DNA from: Octopus sinensis
Lineage: Eukaryota
NCBI RefSeq assembly: GCF_006345805.1
Contig: NC_042999.1
Coordinates: 57,226,001-57,290,000, forward strand
Length of the DNA stretch: 64,000 nucleotides
Direction of reading: 5' to 3'
Shown here: positions 27,530 to 42,186 of the stretch, in pieces
Layout of the letters: each line of letters starts with the position of its first letter
Numbering within the stretch: the first letter of the stretch is position 1
The notes under the pieces: model-generated
Told to the model about the DNA's origin: nothing
What the model saw: the letters and a program-made list of their open reading frames with translations, nothing else
Databases searched by the model: none
Program-made: the position numbers and the translations under genes

Positions 27530-27970
27530 TTCCCCCCTCTCTCTCACACACTCTCTCTCAATCCTTTCTCCCACTCTATCCTTCGCTCTCTTTCACCCCC
27601 TCTCTCTATTTCCCTCCTCTCAATCACATTTTCTTTCTCCCTCTCCCTCTATTTCTCCCTTCCCTTCTCTCTCTCTCTCTTTCTCCCCCTCATTCACTCC
27701 CTTTCTGCCTCAACTCTCTTACTCTCTTTTCACTTCCCTCTTTCACTCTTTTACTCCTTCCACCTCTTTCACCAGCTTTCTCCCTCTCACTCTTTCCCTT
27801 TCTTTCTACCGCTCCCTCTATTCCTTTCTTCCTACCTCTCCGTCTCCTACTTTGAGTTTCTTTCTCCCCCATTCACTCTCATTCTCATTCTCTTTCTTTC
27901 TCCCCCCACTCTCTCTCTCTCTCTCTCTCTTTCTCCCCTCTTTTACTCTCTTACTCCCTCTCCATCCTCT
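27530..27970. repeat. Polypyrimidine (CT-rich) low-complexity tract
   Basis: Almost G-free strand; S/L/F/P ORFs are artefacts. Confidence 0.9.
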
Positions 27971-28711
27971 CGACTAGTAAATATAAATAACAAAAGGATA
28001 TTTTATTTTTTATCTTTTGCTTGTTTCAATCACTAGACTGCGGCCATGCTGGGGCACCACTCTGAAGAAACATTCTAGACTAATGAATTGACCCCACTAC
28101 TTATTTCTATGCTAAGTCTGGTACTTATTGTATTGGTCTCTTTTGCCGAACTGCTAAGTTACGGTGATGCAAACATGCCAATACCAGTTGAAAAGTGGTG
28201 TTGGAAGACAAACACACACACAAACACACAAAACATATACACTTACACACACACAAGCACACACACATAGATGTTGCACACACATTAATAAATACGCTAA
28301 ATTCATGCTTACATAGATACATACATATTTATGCAGTTTATTTAGACTGAATGTTTGTCTTACAATTCGAGTTTCATGCCACTGCAATCGCCAGGCAAGA
28401 GCGTTAACAACAGCGTGTGGCAGTTCAATTATATCCCTTAGTTTCTTGTTGGTTCTGCTCTTTGATTTGGTTTTAGCATTTATTGATTGGCTGGTGTCAT
28501 TGTTCCTCTTCATAATTTGCTTGTGACGTGGTGTTATCTATCCTTGAATTTGTTGGCGAGGCGCACGTTTTTAAATTTGTATTGTTATATTTAATTACGA
28601 AGCCAGTTTTCTGAAATCAATCTAATTAAGGCTGATTGCTTTTGGGCCGAGTTTGTTTGTCGATTGGAATGGGGGTGAATCCCTCTAGCACACCAATAGC
28701 TTGGTGTGCTT

Positions 28712-29074
28712 AAGGCAGCGAGCCGGCAGAAACGTTAGCACGCCGGGCAAAATGCTTAGCAGTATTTCGTCTGCCCCTACGTTCTGAGTTCAAATTCCGC
28801 CGAGGTCGACTTTGCCTTTCATACTTTCGGGGTCGATAAATTAAATACCAGTTACGCACTGGGGTTTATGTAATCGACTTAATCCGTTTGTCTGTCCTTC
28901 TTTGTCTCCTCTGTGTTTAGCCCTTATGGGTAGTAAAGAAACAAGTATTTCGTCTGTTATTACGTTCTGAGTTCAACCTCCGCAGAGGTCGACTTTATCT
29001 TTCATACGCACTGGGGTCGATGTCCCTGTTTGTTCCCTCTGTGTTTAGGCCTTTGTGGGAAATAAAGAAATAAG
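28712..29074 (+). mobile_element. tRNA-derived SINE family 2, dimeric form
   Basis: Exact 17-bp TSD AATAGCTTGGTGTGCTT (28695-28711, 29075-29091); B-box-like GAGTTCAAATTCC; body and tail duplicated. Confidence 0.9.
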
Positions 29075-29659
29075 AATAGCTTGGTGTGCTTGAGTGATAT
29101 TTGTTTTGTGTGTATTTTATGTTGATGGTTATTAGCTTTTGAGGATTTGCTTGTGCGTGTTGTTTTGGGAGTTAGTATTTGTTATGTAGTTTTCTTTGTT
29201 GTTATTCGCTCTAATAGATATCTGTTTTTGAATTCACCTGTTAAACTACTTAATAACATACATTCATAAAGGATGTTGTGTGCGTCATATTGTAAGTACC
29301 ATTTCATAGTTGAGTTGCTGTTATTGAGGTGTGTTTGGAATTTTCTTTCGGCTAGCATAAATTTGTCCATTGAATAATTGGACTCATTCAACCTTGCATG
29401 ATTCTTATCTTCTTTTACTTGCTTCAGTCATTTGACTGCGGCCATGCTGGAGCACCGCCTTTAAGTCGAACAAATCTACCCCAGGAGTTATTCTTTGTAA
29501 GCCTAGTACGTATTCTATCGGCATTTTTATCGAACCGGTAAGTCACGCGATGGTGGAGAGACAAACACAGATGCACAAACATATATGTGTGTGTGTGCGC
29601 GCGTGTGTGTGTGTGTGTGTGTGTGTGCGTGTGTGTGTGTGTACACATATATATATATG

Positions 29660-29697
<38 letters not shown>

Positions 29698-29708
29698 ATA
29701 TATATATA

Positions 29709-29823
<115 letters not shown>

Positions 29824-30359
29824 AAAAAAGAAGTTTGAAAACGCCACTATATTAGATAAATTTTAATTTTCTTATGAATTTTACATGTTTCGGTTCTTGA
29901 AAAAACGAACCTTATCAAAAATATTATAAAAAGTGGAAATTGAAAAGTTCATAATCGTTTCTTACTGTTCTCAATAGAATCCATGTGGTGGTGTTTTGTC
30001 GGTAGTTGGTATAATCGCTATATTACTGTTGAGTGTAGTGAAGAAGTCCATTATTGTTTCTTGCTGGTATCAAAAGGAACCGCTTTTTTGTTACCTTGTG
30101 TTCCAATGGTAGCAACAGTAGTGATTGTTGGCCGTAGTAGTTGGTCGTAATTTTGGCAACCTTGGTGGTGGTTGGGGTTAGTAGTAGAGGACTGTTGATC
30201 GTAGCAGCAATAGTGGTGGGTTCACTAGCACTGTTCACTGACGTCACATAATTCCATATATATATATATATACACGACGGGCTTCTTTCAGTTTTCGTTA
30301 AATCTTTTTATCTTAGTAGTGAATGCGCTGAAAGTTTGATGCTAGTATCACCAGCACCA

Positions 30360-30632
30360 TCATCATCATCATCATCATCACCATTACTACTACTACTCAT
30401 CATCATCATTGTTCGACCGTGGTCGAGACAATGGAATTTACTATGTTACGCCAGACTTCACGGTCCATCATAGCATTACGGGGGTCCTGTTGCTGGATGC
30501 CTGTATCCCTGGAGATTACATCAGGGTAGGAGAGTGTGCGCCCTCTGGTATTGCGAGTAGATGGCTTCCAGAGGAGAAGAGTAGAAATTACTTCTTTTTC
30601 AGCTCTACAACAATGTCCAGCAAACTGGACTC
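30360..30632 (-). mobile_element. 3' end of an RTE-clade LINE
   Basis: VQFAGHCCRAEKEVISTLLLWKP...RGRTLSYPDVISRDTG...AMMDREVWRNIV followed by a (TGA)n tail. Confidence 0.75.
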
Positions 30633-30673
30633 TCCTACTACTACTACTACTACTACTCTTCCTCCTCCTCCTC

Positions 30674-30718
<45 letters not shown>

Positions 30719-31354
30719 GCTGTGGAACAGGCACGTGGATTTCAGTTATTATTGTTGTTTTCGTCCCGTGTTACAGCTTTGCGTGCAGATTTTTGTTGTA
30801 CTAACTTGTCAATAAGAACATTATTTTCATTATTATACTCCTTACAGCAGTACCACTCCTTCTATTTATGAGGACAAGGGCCAGATAAAGAACAGAGGGG
30901 ACCGGCTATGCTTGTCACAAATAAAAACCAAAGAAAACAACTTAAAAATGCGACAGGAAAAGCCTGAAGAGTGGAACACCGCAGGTGAAAGGAAGAGCTT
31001 TCTAGTAAGGAACCAATTTCCTTTGAAAGAAGGCCTATCTTTAGTGGAGAGGAGTCTGTCTTGTGAAAGTAAGCTCACCTTAAGTGATGTAGACTTGGAA
31101 TTAATTTCACAGCTAGAAAAAAATACAATAGTGAACGAATAGGAAATGTGCAGGAATGGTTCAAACGAAGAGCTGACCGCATTGGAGTTAGGATCGAATA
31201 ACAGCAAAAACTATAACAAGAAAACTCCCAACCACGTAGTTTTGGGTTCAGTCACACTGCTTGGCAATTTGGGCATGTGTTTTCTACTATAGCCCCAAGT
31301 CGTCCAAAGTCTTGTGGATTTGGTAGACGGAAACTGTATGGAAGCCCATCGTAC

Positions 31355-31386
<32 letters not shown>

Positions 31387-31575
31387 TATTCTATGTGTGT
31401 TTGTGTGTGTGTGTGCTTGTGTCTGCCTTCCCACCACTTGACAACCGATGTTGCTTTGTTTACGTCTCTGTAACATCAGTTCGACGACAGAGGACGATAG
31501 AATAGGTACCAATCTAGAAATAAAACTAAATAATAATAATAATAATAATATATATATATATATATATAATATATA

Positions 31576-31617
<42 letters not shown>

Positions 31618-33404
31618 TATATATACACACATATAAGGATGAGATCGTTATTTAAATACCGATCTTATCAGGTGGCCAACATGGGAATAAAACCTTCAAA
31701 GGTAATAATTATTATTAAAATTATAATTTAGGGTATCTGAGAGATACCACCACGCTGGAAATAGCAGCCAAAACTTGACTCTAAAACGACATTAAATGTT
31801 CATAGATGGTAGAATCGTTTGCGCACCGGGCAAAAAATGTTATCAGCATTTCTTCCAGCCTTACGTTCTGAGTTTAAATTCTTTCATCCTTTTGAGATAG
31901 GTAAAATAAGTACCAGTTGAGTTCTAATTTCGATATAATCGACTACCCTCCACCCCACAATTTCAGGCCTTGTGCCTATAGTAGAAAGAATGTTTCTAAA
32001 AGCATAGTAGCGAGATGGCAGAATCCTTAACACGCCAGTCTAAATGCTCAGTGGCATTTCTTTGGTCGTGATTTTCTGAGTTCAAATGATGCCGAGATTG
32101 ACTTTGCCTTCCATCTTTTGGGGGTTGTTAAAATAAGTAACAGTTGGGCACTGGGGTTAATGTAGCCAACTTACCTCGTCCTCTAAAATTGCTGGCCTTA
32201 TGACATAATTTGAAGCTAATACGTTTAAAAAGCAAAGGAAACAGCACCTATGAAATCATTTAATAGTGATTTGTGGCTAACTCAGATAACACTGATTAGA
32301 ATGGATCCAGCTTTAAAAGAAATTGGTAAAAATTATTTCACAATTTCGATTTAAAGGCGACTGTTTCAATACTATTAAATACTATCAGTGAAGCATATTC
32401 AATGTAGTTGACAAGACTTAGAAGCATATATAGAAATGCAAGAAATATTGTGACAAACATTATAATTACCAGCATTGTGGCAGGGGGGAAATATTTTAGG
32501 GACGCTTATTGCATACTAAATACAAATACAATTGGGTCATACCCATTTAATGTAGCGAGCGAGTTAATAAACTTGAAAATTGAGATTATGCAAGTAATGA
32601 GTGAACAAAAGCTCTTTCCAGGGGTACTCTTTACTCCCTCTCTTTTACTTGTTTCATTCATTTGACTGTGGCCATGCCGGAGCACCGCCTTTTTTTTTTT
32701 AAAAAAAAGCAGGGAAAATAAAATCAATTTAGGTTAACTGAGCGAGATTTTTAGACAACATAGAGACAAGGGCGACGAGCTAGCAGACTCGTCAGCACGC
32801 CGATCAAAATGCTAAGCAACATTTCTTCCGACTTTACAATCTTAGTTCAAATTCTGCCGAGAACGACTTTGCCTTTCATACTTTCCGGGTCGGTGAAAAT
32901 AATCATTAGTCGAGCACTGAGGTCAATGTAATCGACTATAATAGCTCGAGATTGATAATTTTGTGTCTATAGTAGAGAGAATATAAAAGCAAGGCAGATT
33001 GGAATTGATCTGGTCTTTATCACTGATTTTACATTTGTGAAACGCTACCGTATTTAAATCATGTTTTCACTAAATTACAAGTAAACGTTGGTTCACAATA
33101 TTGGAAGTTCACTTCCAAAGTATTCCTCGACCTCTCTTGTTTCTAAGCAATTCTTTATTTCTCTAAGTTACCTTAAGCCTGGCAAGTACGAATAAAAACT
33201 ATGCTTCGCTGAAAAGGAATGAGGGTATACTAAATAACTTATATGGAAAATTCTCTGTTGAAATTATCTCCGTTTCCAAGAGACGGTAGACAATCGCTTA
33301 ATGGCAATTGGAACCAACTCCAGATGGGAAGAGAAGAAGGTCCTAGGGAGCCAGGGTACTCCAAAATTGACATGCCATTAGAAAAAAACACTACAACCAA
33401 GTTG

Positions 33405-33814
33405 TCTTATTTCTTTATTGTCTACAAGGGGCTACACACTGAGGGAACAAACGACAGACAAACGGATTAAGTCGATTATATCGATCCCAGTGCGTAACTG
33501 GTACATATTTAATCGATCCCGAAAAGCACGAAAGGAAAAGTCGACCTTGGCGGAATTTGAACTCAGAACGTAGCGGCAGACGAAATACCCATTTCTTTAT
33601 TACCCACAAGGAGCTAAACATAGAAGGGACAAACAAGGACAGACAAACGGATTAAGTCGATTACATCGACCCCAGTGCGTAACTGGTACTTAATTTATCG
33701 ACCCTGAAAAGATGAAAGGCAAAGTCGACCTCGGCGGAATTTGAACTCAGAACGTAACGGCAGACGAAATACCGCAAAGCATTTCGCCCGGCGTGCTAAC
33801 GTTTCTGCCAGCTC
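33405..33814 (-). mobile_element. tRNA-derived SINE family 2, dimeric form
   Basis: Same monomer/second-unit junction as 28712-29074. Further monomers at ~31800-32215, 32770-32980, 53230-53415, 54240-54436, 61775-61985 and 63165-63310. Confidence 0.9.
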
Positions 33815-34330
33815 TGTCTGGACAGCTGCGAACACCTGTTTTTGCCTCAATAGGCAGATGCTTAGACATACAAAAAGATCTAGTACAGAGAGACAACAGG
33901 GTAACGCCGTTAGTTGGAGAGGTTTGAAAGGTGAAAGGGGAGGGTAAAGTGTAGTGTCAGAAAGAAATAGGGGACGCTAAGCTAAGAGAAGATAATATGA
34001 GTGAGTTAAAGCACTTGTGAACATGACAGGAGTGAACACGTAGAAGACAAAGAGACAATTGAGAAACAAAAAGCCAAAACTGAAAAATGAAAGAATTGAA
34101 AGAATTGAAAATATGGAAAAAAATGACTAAAAGTTGAGATAGTGTGAAAGGGTGAGATTTTAATAGATTACATGAACTGTAAAGAGACCCTCGGAAATCG
34201 TTTAAAATTCTAGAAAGTTTTTCAGAAAATTTCAAAAATTTCTCAAAATTTTTCAAAACTTTCCCCAAAAGTCTCTGGGACAATACAAAAATTGTCACGG
34301 TCTGACGGTTTTAAGATAGATAGATAGATA

Positions 34331-34613
34331 ACTTTCTTTATGGGCCACACAAGGCTGAACACAGAGGGGACAAATACAAATGTAGAGCTATTTTTTTCGA
34401 AGACGGAAAAGAAAAAGGAAAAATAGGAAACAAATGTAAAATTCCGATCAAAAGGGATCGGAAAAAAAAGGCGATCAAAAGGGATCGTGTATCACAGAAA
34501 AAATTTTATTAAAAAGTAAGAAACAAGATTAGGTTCATCCGTGGAAAGAAAAGCCTACAGAAAAGACCACGGTAACCTCGGGCAGAGAGAAAATAAACAC
34601 ATGAGAACAAAGT

Positions 34614-34672
<59 letters not shown>

Positions 34673-34955
34673 TTTACGATTTACAGGATCATGCTCAAAG
34701 TGGTTTCGTCACTCGCACGCACCATCTTTGCTACATTCACCCACCTTTTTTGAAACTTTCACCAGACAAAACCTGCCTCTCTATACTCACCTTCCTTTTC
34801 AAGTGGCACTTGAAAAAGTTGATCAGCGATTGGCCAGAGAGGTAGGTGTTTGTCTCTAATTCTTTTGCTCGAGTCCACCACACACATTCTTTCACCAGTA
34901 CGATGTAAAGTGCCTTGCCTTCCCGGTTGAGGGAAGGGGGCAGAGCAATTTTCAC
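34331..34955 (-). mobile_element. 5'-truncated Tx1 LINE copy within (GATA)n
   Basis: Encodes the ORF2 C-terminus (KECVWWTRAKELETNTYLSGQSLINFFKCHLKRKV) plus 3'UTR; (GATA)n on both sides. Confidence 0.9.
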
Positions 34956-34972
34956 GATAGATAGATAGTTAT

Positions 34973-35037
<65 letters not shown>

Positions 35038-35189
35038 GATAGATAGATAGATAGATAGATAGGTGGATGAATACATCAGCACAAAATCAAGAGAATACTT
35101 TTAATTTATGTATTTATTTATTTATTGTATATGTCAAATTACTGTCTTTGGAAACATAATTTCAATAAATCAAGAATTTATCTCGTATT

Positions 35190-35230
<41 letters not shown>

Positions 35231-35307
35231 ACGTGTTCTGGCACGTGTTGGATACAGTGTGTAGTGAGTGTGAATATGTGGCTGAGCGTATGTTTGTATG
35301 TATGTAT

Positions 35308-35357
<50 letters not shown>

Positions 35358-35543
35358 CGGAGATGTACTCGCATAGCAAGTAATTTGATCTGAGATCGTG
35401 TGCTGAAACGAAAACAATTGCAGCGTGGAAGGTGTTTATAAGCCATTTAAGAAACACACAAAAGCCGTTCGATTCACTCCAACATTTAAGTTTAATTTGT
35501 CAAAATATTTTCGTCGCTAAAATCCGCAACCTGTTCACTGTTC

Positions 35544-35623
<80 letters not shown>

Positions 35624-35713
35624 GTCTGTCTGTCTGTCTGTCTGTCTGTCAGTCTGTCTATCAGTCTCTCTGACTGCCTGTCTGTCTGTCGATCTATCCA
35701 CCTACATAACTAC

Positions 35714-35754
<41 letters not shown>

Positions 35755-35755
35755 A

Positions 35756-35885
<130 letters not shown>

Positions 35886-36404
35886 CCATATATACATACT
35901 CAACACACGTACAACATGTAACCTATGAATGTTTATGTGTAGGTATGTAAAGAATGTAAAATGCGTATGCATGTATTATACAAGCACATGTGTGCGCATA
36001 TAAATGTTTGTACACGTGCGTGAATGTGCGTATGCGTAAATGCATGCATACATGTTTGTATATGTTTGCGCCAGTGTATGCGAATGCACGCACGTGAAAG
36101 CGCGCGCGCACACACACACACATGCATTCATCAGTTCGTGTACTGGCTGCCATTTTTCAGTAACCAATCACAGAGGATGTCTCACTGGTATCATGAGAAA
36201 ATAGAAAATAAAATGCAAGAACGAAGAACTGTTAGTTCATTGATTTGCTGTCGGATTAGTTTCTGTTAAGTCATACGGCTTAAACATTCAAATTCCGACC
36301 CACCTACCTACCTGCCTACCTGTGTACATACGCCACCTAGATGTCTATGTGTTTAGCTTATTTGATATGCATCTGTCTCTCGTTCTATCTATCTATCTAT
36401 CTAC

Positions 36405-36478
<74 letters not shown>

Positions 36479-36560
36479 GTCTGTCTGTCTGTCTGTCAGT
36501 CTGTCTATCAGTCTCTCTGACTGCCTGTCTGTCTGTCGATCTATCCACCTACCTAACTAC

Positions 36561-36645
<85 letters not shown>

Positions 36646-36844
36646 GAATGACGTGTTGTCACCTCGGCTCCGAAGGTAATCGTTTATTTTGACTATTTAT
36701 AGCCCAATTTTTGTGTACATTTTTGTAAATAAGTTGTGTAAGGCACCCAACTTTCGTTTGAGTGCTTTTCCAAGGGAGGAATTCGCCCCTAGGGGCAGTT
36801 TCAACCCCATTTCATTTCTGTAATTTTCTTCTCGACATTAGAAA

Positions 36845-38680
36845 ATGTCAAGAAATTTTATTGTAGAACGCTGGTCGCGTTCTTTTATTGACCAGCATTT
36901 TCCTAGTTTGGAAGCACTAGGAGAAAAAAAGAACGTACACACACCAAGTGCAAACATGAATATCGGTGAAATGAAAGCTGCAACCACGTGCGGTAACAGC
37001 CCTGTCACCACCGCCACCACCACCACTAACAACAGCAACCACGAGACTAATACTGCTACCACCACCACCACCTCCACCACCACCACCACCACCACTACCA
37101 CGACCAACATAAATGATAAAAATAAAACTCACACGAAAACTATTGACAAAAACAACAGCAACAACAAGAACAACAATAAAAATGAACTATCTAATAGTGA
37201 AGATGTTAATACAAAAAAATCAACAACAGTAAATTTCGCTGACACTCTTCGCCAGAAGAAGGAAATTGTAACATTTACAAATGAAGAGCTCATAGAAACA
37301 AGAGCTCTCTTTACAACCCGTGGACAAGATTTAGTGCTGCATACACCTCAACACATAAAGCAAGAAATAGAAAATAAGACAATTATAAATAAAATTATTA
37401 GAAAAAACAAAAAACTAAATGAACAGATTACAAAAACTGATGTAGAAAAATGCTTAAAAAACATAATGAAAAAAAAAGAATATATAAACTGGGGTCCCCA
37501 GTTTAACACAGTAGTGGTCCGCTTCCCTAACCAGGAAGTGGCAAAAGCTCACTCTACTGAGTCTCTGGGAAATGATGAAATCATCATGGTCCCATACTAT
37601 AAAAACCAGAGAGTGAGTCGAATCACTATTAAAAATGTACCTCCCGAGCTTCCTAACAAATGGATAACAGGGGCAATCTGTTACCATTTAAAAAATATCA
37701 ACATTTTGGAGACCGCCGTGTACCCTGGCGGCATTTGGGGTGGGAAGACAATAGTGGTGACCATACAGATTGAGGGGGCCTCTATCGAGAGCCTACCGGA
37801 TAAGATCCACTTGGAAAATGTGGCAGAAGGCAAAAAGCCTAGATGCTACAAATGTGGCAGCCCCGAACATTTAATTGCCAAGTGCGATCTGGTACAGAAA
37901 AAACAAGAAAGAACAAATCAGAAAACAAATAAAATCCCTTTGTTGCCAACACCAACACCAACACACTCAATTATAGAACAATGCCAAAAAAAAAACAACA
38001 AACCAGCAAACAAATCCCAACAACATCACCAAGAAAAGAAACAGTACCAACACAATCACCGTTGACTTCACAACCAATTAAACATGTTGAATCAACAAAA
38101 AATAGACCAACACCCACACCCAGGATGACAATTAAAAAGACAGAAAACAACACAAACACCGCACAAAACATCAACAATTTATACAAGCATACATAGTAAT
38201 GCAAATGCTTTGCCTCTACCCCATACTGATACGTCGGACGACGAAAGTTCGACGGAATTGCAAATAGCCACAGGGGGTAAAAGAAAAAGATCCAAAAAAT
38301 CCACCAAACAAGGAAGTAAAGCAGGGAGACATCTAACACAGGACAACATCCCCCTAGACAATCAAAAAAGTAATGAACCAGTAAAACCACACACACAACT
38401 AACTGCAATAGACACAGACAATAAAGAATTAATGGACTACATCACATCCAACATGGTCATCTGTGAAGATGACTTTAAGACAAACAATCATCCGCACACC
38501 ACACCACGGAAACATCAGAATTTTACACATAACACAAGCACAACACTACATACTGAAAACAATATTTCCGAATGCGGTAGGCGGGTATCAACGATACCTG
38601 TCGAAAAAACTATACAAACACCTCATCAAAAACAATACAATAGAAGAGGAAAAAATGAAACTTTTAAAATGAGTAAGTGA
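36845..38680 (+). pseudogene. Tx1 ORF1 (gag-like, CCHC zinc knuckle), frameshifted
   Basis: AEGKKPRCYKCGSPEHLIAKC; collinear with ORF1 of copy B; frameshifts and stops after ~37990. Confidence 0.85.
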
Positions 38681-38737
38681 CCTCCCTTCTTGCTTCTTGT
38701 CTCTTCTAATGTAGTGTGTAAAACACAATTTTCGTAA

Positions 38738-41700
38738 ATGTCAAGTATGCTTAAATTAGGTTGTGTGAAGGCGCGTGGCTTGGCGTCGGCTTGGAAGCAA
38801 GGTTACCTTCTAAACGACATCAAGTCACTGGACGTGGATATAGTAGCTATCAGTGAAACCAGACTCAGTAAGCCGCGGGCCCTCGAGTCCATGTTTGGCA
38901 ATCAATTTGACATTTATTTTTCTCCCTGTCTGCCGAACATGGGTGGTGGAGGTACTGCGGTGCTTTTTCGAAAGAGTCTAAAGGTAAAAGTAAGAGCAAT
39001 ATTCCTAGACCCGGAGGGTAGGCTGGTTGTCTTGGACGTGGATGGCAGAAATGGGTGTGCATTCCGTCTGATGGCAGTTTATGCACCGTCCTTAACGGGT
39101 CGGGCGGATTTCTTCAGACGTCTAGAGGTTTTCCTGGGTACGTCTAGACCTTTACTGTTAGTAGGGGATTGGAACGCTACCTTGGACACGCATCTAGATT
39201 ATGTGGGAAGGGATAGGAATAGAATGGGGTGTAAGAGCCTCAAAGACCTGCTCAGACGTTTTCATTTGTCTGACAGGTTCCGACTCGACCATCCGAACGT
39301 GCCAACGTGGACTTGGACAAACCGCGTCGGATCGTCGAGATCTTATCTAGATAGAATTCTATGCAGGACAGCGGATAGGGATAGTGTAGGATGTCCACAA
39401 TTTAAAATAGTCAGCTACACAGATCACAAATTTGTTACGTGTACGCTCGACTTAGATAAAACACATAGGCAGGGTCCCGGTTACTGGAAACTGAACACGT
39501 CGCTGTTAGCGCGACAGGTTTACAGGAACCGGATTAGCGAGTTAATTAAGAGGACGCTGACGGGAGCGGTCGTTAACAACCGCTGGTGGTACGCCTTGAG
39601 AATGACAATAAAATCGGAATCAATTAGGTTTAGCAAGGAATTAGCGATAGAACGAAATAGAGTAGAGGGAGACTTGGTTAAGAAACTAGAAGAGGCACTT
39701 ACCACTGGCAGCGCAACCAACGTGCTGGCTGCGAGGATGGCCCTCGACCAACACCTCAACGCCAAGCACGAAGGTTGCGTCGTCAGAGCTAAAATGCGTG
39801 CCTTAAGGAAGGAAGGGATCGAAGCTGCGCGAGAGGCCCGGGTAGCGGAGGCGCAGCGTGGCAACAGAGCCACCATTCGGTCTCTAATAGATCAACAGGG
39901 ATGCAGTTTACTCGAACCCGAAAGGATGTGTGAGGCCTTTCAACAGCACTTTGCTCGACTGTTTGGTGCGAGTGGTGGGTCGGAACGCGGGATGGATTTC
40001 AGTGCCTACCTGACCGACCTGCCGCGGCTCTCGGCAAGAGAAGCGGAGTGTTGTGAAAGTCCCATCACAGCCACTGACGTGTGGGATGCGATGGCGGGCT
40101 GCGCGAGGGATAAGTCGCCTGGATTGGATGGTTTACCCTACGAGCTGTATTGTCGAATGCCAGACTTGTTTGGCGACCTCTTGGCATCAGTCTACTGCAA
40201 CTGGCAACAAAACGGGAGAATCCCCGTTTCGTGAGCCGAGGTGCAGTGACGTTGCTGAAGAAAGACCCAAACAAGGGGAATTTTATAGATAATTTCAGGC
40301 CCATCACTCTGCTCAACGCAGATTTGAAAATTTTGGCCAAAGTAATAGCCGAGAGGTTGGCGCTTGTCATTGGTAAACTGGTCGACAGGGCGCAAACATG
40401 CGCCGTGCCGGGCAGAACCATACATGACAACCTCCATCTGATGCGCTACATTGTGGACAGGGTAGTTAATGATCCTGGCATGGGTGGGGCGCTGATAAAT
40501 TTGGATCAGTCTAAAGCCTTCGATAGGGTCGACCATCGGTACTTGGCGGCCGTCCTCAGGGCGGCTGGCTTCGGTCCCGTCTTCCGCGGTTGGATCGCTG
40601 CCTTGTATAGCGGCAGCCGATCGGTGATTCGGGTGAACGGTCACCTGTCGAAACCGTTTGACATCACGCGTTCGGTCCGTCAGGGGTGTCCACTGTCGGC
40701 GCTTCTGTATGTATTGACTCTCGAGCCGCTACTGCGGAAGCTGGCGACACTGAGGGGCATCCCACGGGAACTGGGTTGCGGGACGAGCGTGTCGGCATAT
40801 GCGGACGATGTCACCGTCATAGTGTCGAGCGACAAACACATCAAGATGATAGGCGAGACACTAAGAAAATACGAAACGGTGACGGGAGCAAAGATTAACC
40901 CGGAAAAGTCAGTGGGTTTGCTACTCGGCACCTGGAGAAGCAAGCCCATGCCGTCCGACTGCGGCTCAGTAGTGGGACGCTGGACGGACGGACCGGTTAA
41001 ATTGCTCGGGGTCTGGTTCAGTCCGGACCTCCAAATGGATAAGAACTGGGACGAGATCACGAGTAGAGTGGTCGCTCTCAGCCAAACATGGGCCGAGAGA
41101 AAGCTGTCTCTAAAAGGCCGGGCGGAGGTGGCGAACGCGTACATCGCATCCGTCATCGATTACCGCCTGACCGTCGTACCTTGTCCCGACGCCACCATCA
41201 CCAAACTGGAACGCATACTCTTCCGCTTCCTGTGGAAGGGTGGCGTTCCGATGGTGAGGAAGTCCATTTGCTGTCAACATCCGTTGAATGGAGGACTGGG
41301 CATGTCGTGGTTGATGATGCGCAGGCATGCGCTGAGACTGCGACATCTCTGGAAATTCATCGACGACGGTGAACAGGTGTGGGCGCCGTTTGTGAGGCGC
41401 GACTTCCCGCAGCTCGTCTCACTGACCGAACTGCAAACGTGGATCAAAAAGAGACCGAAACTGGGCGATTGGCACCGAGAGTGTCGCCAAGCTCTACAGC
41501 AGCTCTGCCGACCGGGGTCAAACTTGTGCAACTTACAAACGACTAAAGCGTTCTATAGAGGACTAGTGGAGGGGAGGTCCGACGACACACTCGGGGCAAA
41601 CCTGGGCGTCGACGAGGAATTCCTAACCCGCCTGTTCAGGACGACGTTCGGGCTGGGGCCTATGGATAACTTCCAGAAATCCCTGGCTTGGCAGTGCTAT

Positions 41701-42186
41701 CGAGACGCACTACCTGTTCGAGAGAAGAGCTACAGACACGGTTCGAAAACCATCACCGGACCGACCTGCCCGAGATGCGGTCAGAGCGACGAAACCGTTC
41801 TGCACGCACCCGTGCAGTGTCCAGATATTTCAGAGCTGTGGTCCTTCGTCGAACAGCTGTTGTCACGTGTAGGTCGGGCTCGCCTATCGGCCGAGTCTAT
41901 CGTGAATATTGTTCCACCACCTTCCTTTAAACGGGAAGGGAAAACGGTTTTCGTTACGCTGATGGCTATGGCGAAAGAATGTGTGTGATGGACGCGTTTG
42001 AAAGGACTGCAAACAAACACCTTCCTCTCTGGTCAGTCTCTCGTCAACTTTTTCAAGTACCACTTGAAAAGGAGGATGAGAATAGAGAGGAAGGCTTTGT
42101 CGAACGAATGTTTTAATAAAAAGTGGGTAAAAGTGGCAAAAATGGTCAGTATGAAAGACAACACTATTTTAAGCATAAATCTGTAA
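38738..42186 (+). pseudogene. Tx1 ORF2 (APE endonuclease, reverse transcriptase, zf-RVT), disrupted
   Basis: GDWNA/TDH APE motifs, KSPGLDG, FRPITLLN, QGCPLS, YADD, CPRC...H...C. Frameshift at ~40225 and premature TGA at 41986-41988. Confidence 0.92.

Noticed and set aside
27516-28036. 153/172-aa S/L/F/P-rich ORFs
   Set aside because: Polypyrimidine low-complexity tract.
30866-31207. Coding-looking 76-113 aa ORFs
   Set aside because: No recognisable motif or clean splice context; likely a decayed TE fragment.
33955-34307. Solo LTR (TGTCAGA…TCTGACG ends)
   Set aside because: No TG…CA closure, no matching TSD, and no second copy in the window.
39520-39876. Antisense ORFs conserved between the two LINEs (also 40680-41156, 45832-46284, 47278-47565)
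   Set aside because: Expected shadow frames of GC-rich, homologous ORF2 sequence.
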